From Xanthomonas campestris pv. campestris str. ATCC 33913 (GTDB lineage Bacteria; Pseudomonadota; Gammaproteobacteria; Xanthomonadales; Xanthomonadaceae), in contig NC_003902.1 of NCBI RefSeq assembly GCF_000007145.1, forward strand, positions 2,336,497-2,368,496: a DNA stretch of 32,000 nt, read 5' to 3'. Positions 15,996 through 24,825 of this stretch are shown in pieces (position 1 is the first letter of the stretch; each line of letters begins with the position of its first letter). Below the pieces are notes generated by a model. The model was given only the letters and a program-made list of their open reading frames with translations. It had not been told where the DNA came from and ran no database searches. The position numbers and the translations under genes are program-made.

Positions 15996-17204
15996 ATGCA
16001 GCGTTCGTTCTGGCGATCTGGGCACACGCCCACCTTGTTCGCATCCTTCCTGTATTTCGACCTGAGTTTCATGGTGTGGTATCTGCTCGGTCCGCTGCAG
16101 GTGCCGATCGCGCAAGCGCTGGGATTGGACACGCAGCAGCGCGCCTTGATGGTGGCGGTGCCCATCCTGTGCGGCGCGGTGTTGCGCCTGGTGTTGGGCA
16201 TGCTGGCCGACCGTATCGGCGCCAAGCGCGCCGGCGTGGTGGCGCAGTTGGCGGTGATCGCCTCGTTGTTTGGTGCCTGGCAACTCGGCGTGCACAGCAT
16301 GGGCCAGGTGCTGCTGCTGGGCGTGCTGCTCGGCATTGCCGGCGCCTCGTTTGCAGTGGCGCTGCCGCTGGCATCGCGCTGGTACCCGCCGGAACACCAG
16401 GGCACGGCGATGGGCATTGCCGGTGCCGGCAACTCCGGCACGGTGCTGGCGGCCTTGTTCGCGCCGATGCTGGCGCTGGCATTCGGCTACCAGAACGTGT
16501 TCGGGCTGGCGTGCATTCCACTGGTGCTGACGCTGCTCGTGTTTGTGTTGATTGCCCGCGAAGCGCCCATACCGGTTGCGCGCAAGCGCTGGGCCGATTA
16601 CGGCCGCGTGCTGGTTGGCAATCGCGACGCATGGCGCTTCATGTTTTTTTACTCAGTGACCTTTGGCGGCTTCTCCGGATTTGCTAGCGCGTTGCCGGGT
16701 TACTTCCACGACCAGTTCGGTTTCGATGCGCGCACCGCGGGCTGGGCCACGGCCGCCTGCGTGTTGGCCGGCTCGGTGATGCGCCCGCTCGGCGGTGTCA
16801 TCGCCGACCGCGTTGGCGGCACGCGCGCCTTGCTGGCGGTGTACTTGCTGGTCGCCACCTTGGTCGGCATCGCCGGCTTTGGCGCAGGTGGGGCCACGAT
16901 CACCTTGGGGCTGTTCGTGCTCACGCTGCTGTGCCTGGGCGCCGGCAATGGAGCGGTGTTCCAGCTGGTGCCGCAGCGCTTCGGCCAGGACATCGGGGTG
17001 ATGACCGGCCTGATCGGCATGGCCGGCGGCGTTGGCGGCTTTGCATTGGCCGCGGGGCTGGGCGTGCTCAAGCAGCACACCGGCAGCTATGCGATCGGCA
17101 TGTGGTTGTTCGCGGCGTTCGCCCTGGGTGGCTGGGCGCTGCTGGCCGGCGTCAAGACCCAATGGCGCAGTGAATGGTCCACCGCCGGCGCGGCGCGCGT
17201 CTGA
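15996..17204 (+). CDS. narK: MFS nitrate/nitrite transporter (NarK/NasA type)
   Basis: ORF trimmed to ATG 15996, preceded by GGAGA (15984-15988). Polytopic membrane protein with MFS motif LGMLADRIGAKRAG. Confidence 0.9.
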   Translation: MQRSFWRSGHTPTLFASFLYFDLSFMVWYLLGPLQVPIAQALGLDTQQRALMVAVPILCGAVLRLVLGMLADRIGAKRAGVVAQLAVIASLFGAWQLGVHSMGQVLLLGVLLGIAGASFAVALPLASRWYPPEHQGTAMGIAGAGNSGTVLAALFAPMLALAFGYQNVFGLACIPLVLTLLVFVLIAREAPIPVARKRWADYGRVLVGNRDAWRFMFFYSVTFGGFSGFASALPGYFHDQFGFDARTAGWATAACVLAGSVMRPLGGVIADRVGGTRALLAVYLLVATLVGIAGFGAGGATITLGLFVLTLLCLGAGNGAVFQLVPQRFGQDIGVMTGLIGMAGGVGGFALAAGLGVLKQHTGSYAIGMWLFAAFALGGWALLAGVKTQWRSEWSTAGAARV

Positions 17205-17226
17205 CATGTCGACAGGAATCCAGGCA

Positions 17227-19680
17227 ATGAAGCAACCCAGACTCGTCGTCATCGGCAACGGCATGGCCGGCATCCGCACCGTGGAGGAACTGCTCAAGCT
17301 GATGCCGGGCATGTACCACATCACCGTGTTCGGGGCCGAGCCGCATCCCAACTACAACCGCATCCTGCTCTCGCCGGTGCTGGCCGGCGAACAGGAGTTC
17401 GACGACATCGTGCTCAACCCGCTGCAGTGGTACCGCGACAACGGCATCCACCTGCACTTGAACAAGGAAGTCACCCGCATCGACCGCGTGCGTCGCCGCG
17501 TGATCGCCGCCGATGGCACCGAGGCGGAATACGACCGCCTGCTGATCGCCACCGGCTCGGTGCCGTTCGTGCTGCCGATTCCCGGCAACGACCTGAAAGG
17601 GGTCATCGGCTACCGCGATATCCAGGACACGCGCACCATGATCGACACCGCGCGCACCCGCCAACACGCGGTGGTGATCGGTGGCGGCCTGCTGGGCCTG
17701 GAAGCGGCCAATGGGCTGAAAGTGCGCGGCATGGAGGTCACCGTGGTGCATCTGGCCGGTTGGTTGCTGGAACGCCAGCTCGACCCGGTGGCCGGCAACC
17801 TGCTGCAGCAGGCCTTGCGCGCGCGCGGTCTGGAGTTCCGCTTGAACACCGCCACCAGCGCGCTGCTCGGCAACGCGCAGGGCGAGGTGATCGGGGTGCG
17901 GTTTGCCGATGGCAGCGAGATCCCGGCCGACCTGGTGGTGATGGCCGCCGGCATCCGCCCGAACACGCGGCTGGCCGAAGAAGCCGGCATCCATTGTTCG
18001 CGTGGCATCGTGGTCAACGACAGCCTGCAAAGCTTCGACCCGCGCGTGTATGCGGTGGGCGAGTGCGCCAACCATCGCGGCATTGCGTACGGACTGGTGG
18101 CGCCGTTGTTCGAGCAGGCCAAGGTGTGCGCGAACCATCTGGCGCAGTTCGGCATCGGCATCTATCGCGGCTCGGTGGCGTCGACCAAGCTCAAGGTCAC
18201 CGGCATCGACCTGTTTTCTGCGGGCGATTTCATGGGCGGCGATGGCTGCGAGGAGATCGTGCTGTCGGATCCGGCCGGCGGCGTCTACAAGAAACTGGTG
18301 ATCCGCGACGACGTGCTGGTGGGGGCATGCCTGTATGGCGACACCAGCGATGGTGGCTGGTACTTCAAGTTGCTCAAGGACGGCACGCCGATCCAGGCGC
18401 AGCGCGACCAGTTGATCTTCGGTGAAAGCGCACTGGGCGATTCGGGCACCGGCGGCCAGGACCGCGCCAGCGCCATGTCCGACAGCGACGAAGTCTGCGG
18501 TTGCAATGGCGTGTGCAAGGGCACCATCGTCAAGGCGATCAGCGAGCAGGGCCTGTTCACCGTGGACGAGGTGAAGAAGCACACCAAGGCGGCGAGTTCG
18601 TGTGGCTCGTGCACCGGGCTGGTGGAGCAGATCCTGATGAACTGCCTGGGCTCCAACTTCCAGGAAACCCCGAAAACCAAGGCCGTTTGCGCCTGCACCG
18701 ACCTGAGCCATGGCGAGGTGCGGCGCGCCATTCGCGAACACAAATTGCTGACCCACGCGCAGGCCTATGCCTTCATGGAATGGCGCACGCCCAACGGCTG
18801 TGCCACCTGCCGGCCGGCGATCAACTACTACATGTTGTCGACCTGGCCGCATGAAGCCATCGACGACCCGCAGTCGCGTTTCATCAACGAACGTGCGCAC
18901 GCCAACATCCAGAAAGACGGCACGTTCTCGGTGATTCCGCAGATGAAGGGCGGGGTGACCAATGCCAGCGAACTGCGCAGGATCGCCGATGTCGCCGACA
19001 AATACGCGGTGCCGATGGTCAAGGTGACCGGCGGCCAGCGCATCGATCTGCTCGGAGTCAAGAAGGAAGACCTGGTGGATGTATGGCGCGACCTGGGCAT
19101 GCAGTCCGGGCATGCGTACGGCAAGTCGATCCGCACCGTGAAGACCTGCGTGGGCAGCGAGTTCTGCCGCTTCGGCACGCAGAACAGCACGCAGATGGGC
19201 ATCGATCTGGAAACCATGCTCGCCAACATGTGGAGCCCGCACAAGGTGAAGCTGGCGGTGTCTGGTTGCCCGCGCAATTGCGCCGAATCCGGCATCAAGG
19301 ACGTGGGCATCATCGCGGTGGATTCGGGCTGGGAACTGCATGTTGGCGGTAACGGCGGCATCAAGACCGAGGTGGCGCGTTTTCTGGTCAAGGTGACTAC
19401 CGCCGAAGAAGTGCGCGAATACACCGGCGCGTTCCTGCAGCTCTACCGCGAACAGGCCTATTACCTGGATCGCACCGTGCACTACATCGCGCGCGTGGGG
19501 CTGGACTACATCCGCGCGCAGGTGGTGGACGACGCCGCCAACCGGCGCGCGCTCTACGAGCGCCTGCTGTATTCGCTCGAAGGCCTGGTCGACCCGTGGA
19601 AGGCCCGCATCGCCGGCGAACGCCGCCAGGAATACCAACCGCTGCGCATTGCCGCGCCAGCCGCCACGGTGAAGGAATGA
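17227..19680 (+). CDS. nirB: NAD(P)H-dependent assimilatory nitrite reductase large subunit NirB
   Basis: ORF trimmed to ATG 17227 (AGGAA upstream; ATG 17206 is an alternative). FAD motif VVIGNGMAG, two BFD-like Cys motifs (CGCNGVC...CGSCTG; CACT...CATCRP), and the siroheme/4Fe-4S region SGCPRNC. Confidence 0.93.
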   Translation: MKQPRLVVIGNGMAGIRTVEELLKLMPGMYHITVFGAEPHPNYNRILLSPVLAGEQEFDDIVLNPLQWYRDNGIHLHLNKEVTRIDRVRRRVIAADGTEAEYDRLLIATGSVPFVLPIPGNDLKGVIGYRDIQDTRTMIDTARTRQHAVVIGGGLLGLEAANGLKVRGMEVTVVHLAGWLLERQLDPVAGNLLQQALRARGLEFRLNTATSALLGNAQGEVIGVRFADGSEIPADLVVMAAGIRPNTRLAEEAGIHCSRGIVVNDSLQSFDPRVYAVGECANHRGIAYGLVAPLFEQAKVCANHLAQFGIGIYRGSVASTKLKVTGIDLFSAGDFMGGDGCEEIVLSDPAGGVYKKLVIRDDVLVGACLYGDTSDGGWYFKLLKDGTPIQAQRDQLIFGESALGDSGTGGQDRASAMSDSDEVCGCNGVCKGTIVKAISEQGLFTVDEVKKHTKAASSCGSCTGLVEQILMNCLGSNFQETPKTKAVCACTDLSHGEVRRAIREHKLLTHAQAYAFMEWRTPNGCATCRPAINYYMLSTWPHEAIDDPQSRFINERAHANIQKDGTFSVIPQMKGGVTNASELRRIADVADKYAVPMVKVTGGQRIDLLGVKKEDLVDVWRDLGMQSGHAYGKSIRTVKTCVGSEFCRFGTQNSTQMGIDLETMLANMWSPHKVKLAVSGCPRNCAESGIKDVGIIAVDSGWELHVGGNGGIKTEVARFLVKVTTAEEVREYTGAFLQLYREQAYYLDRTVHYIARVGLDYIRAQVVDDAANRRALYERLLYSLEGLVDPWKARIAGERRQEYQPLRIAAPAATVKE

Positions 19681-19682
19681 GC

Positions 19683-20042
19683 ATGGCCGAGAACGCCTGG
19701 GTGCGTGTGTGTGCGCTGCAGGAGTTGCCCGAACTGGGTGCGCGCGTGCTCGACGTGGAGGGCCTGCCGCCGATTGCGATCTTCCGCACCGCCAGCGATC
19801 AGGTATTTGCCTTGCGCGACCGCTGCCCGCACAAGGGCGGGCCGTTGTCGCAAGGCATCGTCGCCGGAGAGACGGTGACGTGCCCGCTGCATGGTTGGGC
19901 GATTGCCTTGCAGAGCGGCCAGGCCTGCGCACCGGATGTGGGTTGCGCACCGCGCTATCCGGTGAAGGTGGAGGCCGGTGCGGTGTGGATCGTGCTGCAG
20001 CCGGTACTGCAGGCCGACGCCGTTGCCGAGCCGGCCGCATGA
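19683..20042 (+). CDS. nirD: nitrite reductase small subunit NirD (Rieske-like)
   Basis: ATG 19683 (or ATG 19677, which overlaps the nirB stop). CPHKGGPL...CPLHGW motif. Confidence 0.9.
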   Translation: MAENAWVRVCALQELPELGARVLDVEGLPPIAIFRTASDQVFALRDRCPHKGGPLSQGIVAGETVTCPLHGWAIALQSGQACAPDVGCAPRYPVKVEAGAVWIVLQPVLQADAVAEPAA

Positions 20043-22837
20043 GCGATGGCCTGCTGACGGCGCTTGGCGGTGAGGCGCAGCCGCTTGCGTCCTCGCCGAT
20101 GCATCGCACCACGCGCTCCACCTGCTGCTACTGCGGGGTTGGCTGCGGCGTGTTGATCCACAGCACGCACGATGACGCCGGCGAGCGCATCGTCGGCATC
20201 GAAGGCGACCCGCTGCATCCGGCCAATCACGGGCGCCTGTGCAGCAAAGGACTGGCCTTGCCGCAGACCGCGGCCAGCCAACAGGGCCGCGTGCTAGCGC
20301 CGGAGCTGCGCCGCCACCGCGACGCACCGCGCACGGCGGTGAGCTGGGACCAGGCCTTGAATCACGTCACCGGCAAGCTGGCTGCAATCATCGACCAGCA
20401 CGGCCCGGATGCGGTGGCGTTCTATGTCTCCGGGCAGTTGCTCACCGAGGACTATTACGTTTTCAACAAGCTCGCCAAGGGGCTGTTGGGCACCAACAAC
20501 ATCGACACCAACTCGCGGCTGTGCATGTCCAGCGCGGTCACCGGCTACAAGCTCGCCCTCGGTGCCGATGGCCCGCCCACCTGCTATGAGGATCTGGAGC
20601 TGGCGCAGACGGTGCTGTTTGCCGGCAGCAACATGGCCTACGCGCATCCGGTGCTGTTCCGCCGGCTGGAAGATGCGCGCGCGCGTAACCCCGAGATTCG
20701 CTGGATCGTGATCGATCCCCGTCGTACCGACACCGCGGCCATGGCCGACCTGCACCTGGCCATCGAACCCGGCACTGACGTCGCATTGTTCAACGGCATG
20801 CTGCATCACCTGATCTGGGAGGGTCTGGTGGATGCGCGTTTCGTGGCGGCGCAGACCGAAGACTTCGATGCCCTCAAGCACATGCTGCGCGAATACACGC
20901 CGCGCATGAGCGCCGAGATCTGCGGAATCTCGCACGAGGACCTGGTGCAGGCGGCCGAGTGGTTCGGGCGCAGCCCGGCCGCGTTGTCGCTGTATTGCAT
21001 GGGCTTGAACCAGTCGGCGCATGGCACCGACAAGAACCTGGCGCTGATCAACCTGCACCTGGCCACCGGCCAGATCGGCAAGCCGGGCGCGGGGCCGTTT
21101 TCGTTGACCGGCCAGCCCAATGCGATGGGCGGGCGCGAAGTGGGCGGCATGGCAACGATGCTGGCCGCGCACCGCGAGATCGGCAATGCGCAGGAGCGCG
21201 CGGAAGTGGAGCGCGCGTGGGGCGTGCCGGCCGGGCGCATCAGCGCCACGCCGGGCGCACCGGCGGTGCAATTGTTCGAGCGCCTGCGCGCGGGCACGCT
21301 CAAGGCGGTGTGGATCGTGTGCACCAACCCCGTGCATTCGATGCCCGATATCGATGGCGTGCGCGCGGCGCTGGAACAGGCCGAACTGGTGATCGTGCAG
21401 GACGCGTTTTCCGGCACCGACACCGTTCCTTATGCCGATGTGTTGCTGCCGGCCGCCAGCTGGGGCGAGAAGGACGGCACTGTCACCAACTCCGAGCGCT
21501 GCATCACCCGCGTGCGCAAGGCAGTGGAACCGCCCGGCCAGGCGCGTGCGGACTGGTGGATTGCGCGCGAGGTGGCACGCCGACTGGAGGTGCGCCTGGC
21601 CCCGCAGGAAGGCGCTGGCCTGTTCGCATTCGACACGCCGGCGGAGATCTTCGATGAGCACCGCGCGTTGACGGTAGGGCGCGACCTGGATATCGGCGGC
21701 CTGGACCACGCCGCACTGGATGCACGCGGGCCGCAGCAGTGGCCATTCCCGGCGGGTGCCACGCAAGGCCAAGCGCGGCGTTACACCGATGGCGTGTTTG
21801 CAACCCCCAACGGACGTGCGCGCTTCCATGCCACGCCGTACCGCAAGGTTGCCGAGCCCACCTCGGCACGCTTTCCGATGCGCTTGCTGACCGGCCGCTT
21901 GCGCGATCAGTGGCATGGCATGTCGCGCAGTGGTCGCGCGCCCGGTGCGTTTGCGCATAGCCCCGAACCGGCATTGCGCATGCATCCGGACGATGCCGTG
22001 CGCCGTGGCCTGCAAGCCGGCGAACTGGTGCGTGTGGCCAGCAAGCGCGGCGCGCTGGTGCTGCCGTTGGAACTGTCCGACGAGCTGCGCTCGGGCACGG
22101 TGTTTGCAGCCATGCACTGGAGCGCGCAGACGCTGGCCAGCGGCGGCATCAACGAAGTCAGCACGCCGGCCGTGGACACACGCTCGCAGCAGCCCGAGCT
22201 CAAGCACGCGGCCGTGCGCGTGGAAAAGGCCGCGTTCGGTTGGCATCTGCTGGCGGCACGCCGCGGCGATGCGCTGGCCCTGCAGCAAGCCTTGCAGCCG
22301 TTGCTGCGCGATTGCGGCTATGCCGGCCTGCGCCTGCATGCCGAGCCGGGCGGCGATGCCGGCGGGCAGTGGGCAGTGTTGCATGCGGCCTGCGAGCGTG
22401 CTCCGTCAGCGGAGTGGATCGATCGGTTGGTGGCCGCGTTGCAGTTACCGGCCGGTGCCGACGTGCTCGAATACCGCGACCTGCGCCGCGGGCTGATGCG
22501 CCGTGTGGGCTGGCGGCTGCAGGACGGGCACAGCCATATCGATGGCGTGCTGCTCACTGCGGCGCAACCTAGCGCGGCCAATCAGTCGCTGCTTGACACG
22601 GCGTTGCGCGGGCAGCCGTGGCGCGGCGCGCGCCTGGCCGTGTTTGCGCAGACCCAGGGTGCGCCGGCCGATCCGATTGTGTGCACCTGCATGCACGTGT
22701 CCAGCGCCGCGATTCATGCCGCCATCGACGACGGCGCCGACCTGGCGCAGCTCAAGCAACGGCTGGGCTGCGGCACGGTGTGTGGCTCCTGCGTTCCACA
22801 ACTCACCCGGCTGTGCCGGCCGTCCCAGCGTGCCTGA
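20039..22837 (+). CDS. nasA: assimilatory nitrate reductase catalytic subunit (bis-MGD) with C-terminal extension ending in a BFD-like [2Fe-2S] motif
   Basis: ATG 20039 overlaps the nirD stop (ATGA). N-terminal 4Fe-4S motif CCYCGVGCG and molybdopterin oxidoreductase body ending ...ELKHAAVRVEKA. The C-terminal tail carries CTCMHV...CGTVCGSC. Confidence 0.9.
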   Translation: MSDGLLTALGGEAQPLASSPMHRTTRSTCCYCGVGCGVLIHSTHDDAGERIVGIEGDPLHPANHGRLCSKGLALPQTAASQQGRVLAPELRRHRDAPRTAVSWDQALNHVTGKLAAIIDQHGPDAVAFYVSGQLLTEDYYVFNKLAKGLLGTNNIDTNSRLCMSSAVTGYKLALGADGPPTCYEDLELAQTVLFAGSNMAYAHPVLFRRLEDARARNPEIRWIVIDPRRTDTAAMADLHLAIEPGTDVALFNGMLHHLIWEGLVDARFVAAQTEDFDALKHMLREYTPRMSAEICGISHEDLVQAAEWFGRSPAALSLYCMGLNQSAHGTDKNLALINLHLATGQIGKPGAGPFSLTGQPNAMGGREVGGMATMLAAHREIGNAQERAEVERAWGVPAGRISATPGAPAVQLFERLRAGTLKAVWIVCTNPVHSMPDIDGVRAALEQAELVIVQDAFSGTDTVPYADVLLPAASWGEKDGTVTNSERCITRVRKAVEPPGQARADWWIAREVARRLEVRLAPQEGAGLFAFDTPAEIFDEHRALTVGRDLDIGGLDHAALDARGPQQWPFPAGATQGQARRYTDGVFATPNGRARFHATPYRKVAEPTSARFPMRLLTGRLRDQWHGMSRSGRAPGAFAHSPEPALRMHPDDAVRRGLQAGELVRVASKRGALVLPLELSDELRSGTVFAAMHWSAQTLASGGINEVSTPAVDTRSQQPELKHAAVRVEKAAFGWHLLAARRGDALALQQALQPLLRDCGYAGLRLHAEPGGDAGGQWAVLHAACERAPSAEWIDRLVAALQLPAGADVLEYRDLRRGLMRRVGWRLQDGHSHIDGVLLTAAQPSAANQSLLDTALRGQPWRGARLAVFAQTQGAPADPIVCTCMHVSSAAIHAAIDDGADLAQLKQRLGCGTVCGSCVPQLTRLCRPSQRA

Positions 22838-22873
22838 GCGCGCGTTCCCTTTCTGCCTTGCGAGACCGCTGCC

Positions 22874-23650
22874 ATGATCAACTCGTCCTCCCGCTGCCGT
22901 GATGTGGTGTTGCTCTCCGCCGGCCCCGGCGACCTGGAACTGCTCACCATCAAGGCGGTGAAGGCGCTGGCCACTGCGCAGGTGCTGCTGCTCGACGATC
23001 TGGCCAACCCGCAGATCGTGGAACTGGCACCGCAGGCGCGCGTGATCCGGGTGGGCAAGCGCGGTGGCTGCCGCTCCACGCCGCAGGACTTCATCTGCCG
23101 GCTGATGCGCCGCTACGCGCTGCAAGGCGTGCAGGTGGTGCGCGTCAAGGGCGGCGATGCCTTGTTGTTCGGGCGTGCGGGCGAAGAGATCGCCTTTCTG
23201 CGCGCCGCCGGGGTGGGCGTGCAGGTGATCAACGGGGTCAGCGCGGCGTTCGCGGCCGCGGCGGCGCTGGAGGTCTCGCTGACCCATCGTGCGCATTGCC
23301 ACGGCATCACCTTCGTCACCGCGCATACGCACGACCACGGCGGGCCGAACTGGGGCGCGCTGGCGGCCAGCGGCACCACGCTGGGCATCTACATGGGGCT
23401 GCGCCGGGCCGACGCAGTGGCCAGTGCCTTGCTGGCGCATCTGCCGGCCACGACACCGGCGGCCATCGTGCAGGCGGCCACGCGCGCCGAGCAGCAGCGC
23501 CGGCTCACCACGCTGGGCGAGCTGGGCCGCACTGCTGCCACGCTGCCGCCGGACCTGCCCACGCTGTTGCTGGTGGGTGGGGCAATGGCCGAAGCCAATG
23601 CCGCGTGCGATGACTCGCTTGGCCTGCTGCTGCAGCAGGCCGTGGGTTGA
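22874..23650 (+). CDS. cobA: uroporphyrinogen-III C-methyltransferase (SUMT)
   Basis: Full-length TP-methylase: SAGPGDLELLTIKA, VVRVKGGDALLFGRAGEE, VINGVSAAFAAAA, PTLLLVG. Confidence 0.88.
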   Translation: MINSSSRCRDVVLLSAGPGDLELLTIKAVKALATAQVLLLDDLANPQIVELAPQARVIRVGKRGGCRSTPQDFICRLMRRYALQGVQVVRVKGGDALLFGRAGEEIAFLRAAGVGVQVINGVSAAFAAAAALEVSLTHRAHCHGITFVTAHTHDHGGPNWGALAASGTTLGIYMGLRRADAVASALLAHLPATTPAAIVQAATRAEQQRRLTTLGELGRTAATLPPDLPTLLLVGGAMAEANAACDDSLGLLLQQAVG

Positions 23651-23683
23651 GGCAGTGCGCCGTGTTGGGCTGTTACACCGCAG

Positions 23684-24769
23684 CTAGCGGCGCGACAGCA
23701 ACCGCCGTGCGTGGCGCAACGCGGGGCGTTCGTAACACAGGTGGTAGGCCACGCCGAGCGTAATCGCCGCGGCTGCACTGAGCAGCAGGTTCACTTGCCA
23801 GGTCGCGGCGGGCCCAAGCCGCCGCGTGGCACGCGCCACCACCGACATCAGCGGCATGTGCACCAGATAGATCGCATAGGACGCATTGCCGAGCAGGACC
23901 AACGCCGGCCCAACCTGGATCCAGCCGCGCCATTCGGCACGCACCAGCCCCACCAGCGCTGCGGCAATCGCCAGCCCGAGCAGCGGCGAATGTGCACGCT
24001 GCAGGCCGCCCAGCACGAAGCACAGCAACGCCAGTGGCGCCAGCAGCGCGCACACCAGCAGCGGCCAGCGCGCTGTGCTCAACACTGCGCGTGCGGCCAG
24101 CATGCCGAACACAAATTCCAGCGTGATCGGGTGGAGCAGCAGCGCACGCCAGGCCGGATCGATGGGTTGTTCGAACGGGGCGGCCCATGCGCCAGCGCCG
24201 CGCGTGTCGGCGGGCTGCAGTGCGGCGGCGTGCAGGAATGCGTTGTAGAGCAGGGTGAGCGCAGCCCAGGCCAGCGCGCAGCGCAAGGGGTGGCCACTGC
24301 GAAAAAACACCCACGCCAGTGCGTAGAACAGCAATTCGTAACTGAGCGTCCAGGCCACGCCGAGTGCTGACTGCCCGCCTACCGGCAGCAGCGTCAGCGT
24401 GGTGACCCATGACCAGTCCAGACCACCATCGTCCAGCGCCGGCAGCAGTGTGTAGATCAGCGCCAAAGCGATGCCCACCGGCCAGTACGGCAGATAGATG
24501 CGGCTGAGCCGGCTGGTGACGTAGTCATGGCTCCAGCCGGGCAGCGCCGCGCTGGCGTGGTTGACGTAGTAGATGATGAAACCGGACAGCACAAAGAAGA
24601 AATCCACGCCCAGATAGCCATGCGCCATGGCTGCGGCCAGCCACGCCGGCACGGGTTCCACCAGGTGCGTAGTGGGCAGCAGCATGTGGCTGCCCACCAC
24701 CATCAACGCGGCGAGCGCGCGCCCGGCCTGCAGCACGCGGATGGTGGAACGGGCGGGTACCGAGACCAT
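23684..24769 (-). CDS. membrane acyltransferase family 3 (OafA/YrhL-like O-acyltransferase)
   Basis: 361 aa polytopic protein. AT3 N-terminal signature IRVLQAGRALAALMVVGSH and multiple TM segments. Last gene of the minus-strand sugar operon. Confidence 0.85.
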   Translation of the reverse strand: MVSVPARSTIRVLQAGRALAALMVVGSHMLLPTTHLVEPVPAWLAAAMAHGYLGVDFFFVLSGFIIYYVNHASAALPGWSHDYVTSRLSRIYLPYWPVGIALALIYTLLPALDDGGLDWSWVTTLTLLPVGGQSALGVAWTLSYELLFYALAWVFFRSGHPLRCALAWAALTLLYNAFLHAAALQPADTRGAGAWAAPFEQPIDPAWRALLLHPITLEFVFGMLAARAVLSTARWPLLVCALLAPLALLCFVLGGLQRAHSPLLGLAIAAALVGLVRAEWRGWIQVGPALVLLGNASYAIYLVHMPLMSVVARATRRLGPAATWQVNLLLSAAAAITLGVAYHLCYERPALRHARRLLSRR

Positions 24770-24825
24770 GCGGGTGGCACTGCCACGCGCTCTGCGTGGC
24801 GGTGCTGCGGCTCAGCCAGCCGCGC

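Noticed and set aside
17152-22384. 989-aa (17152..20121) and 696-aa (20294..22384) minus-strand ORFs opposite nirB/nirD/nasA
   Set aside because: Low-complexity, Arg/His/Ala-rich translations, while the plus-strand frames carry unmistakable NirB/NirD/NasA motifs. These are GC-driven absences of stop codons.
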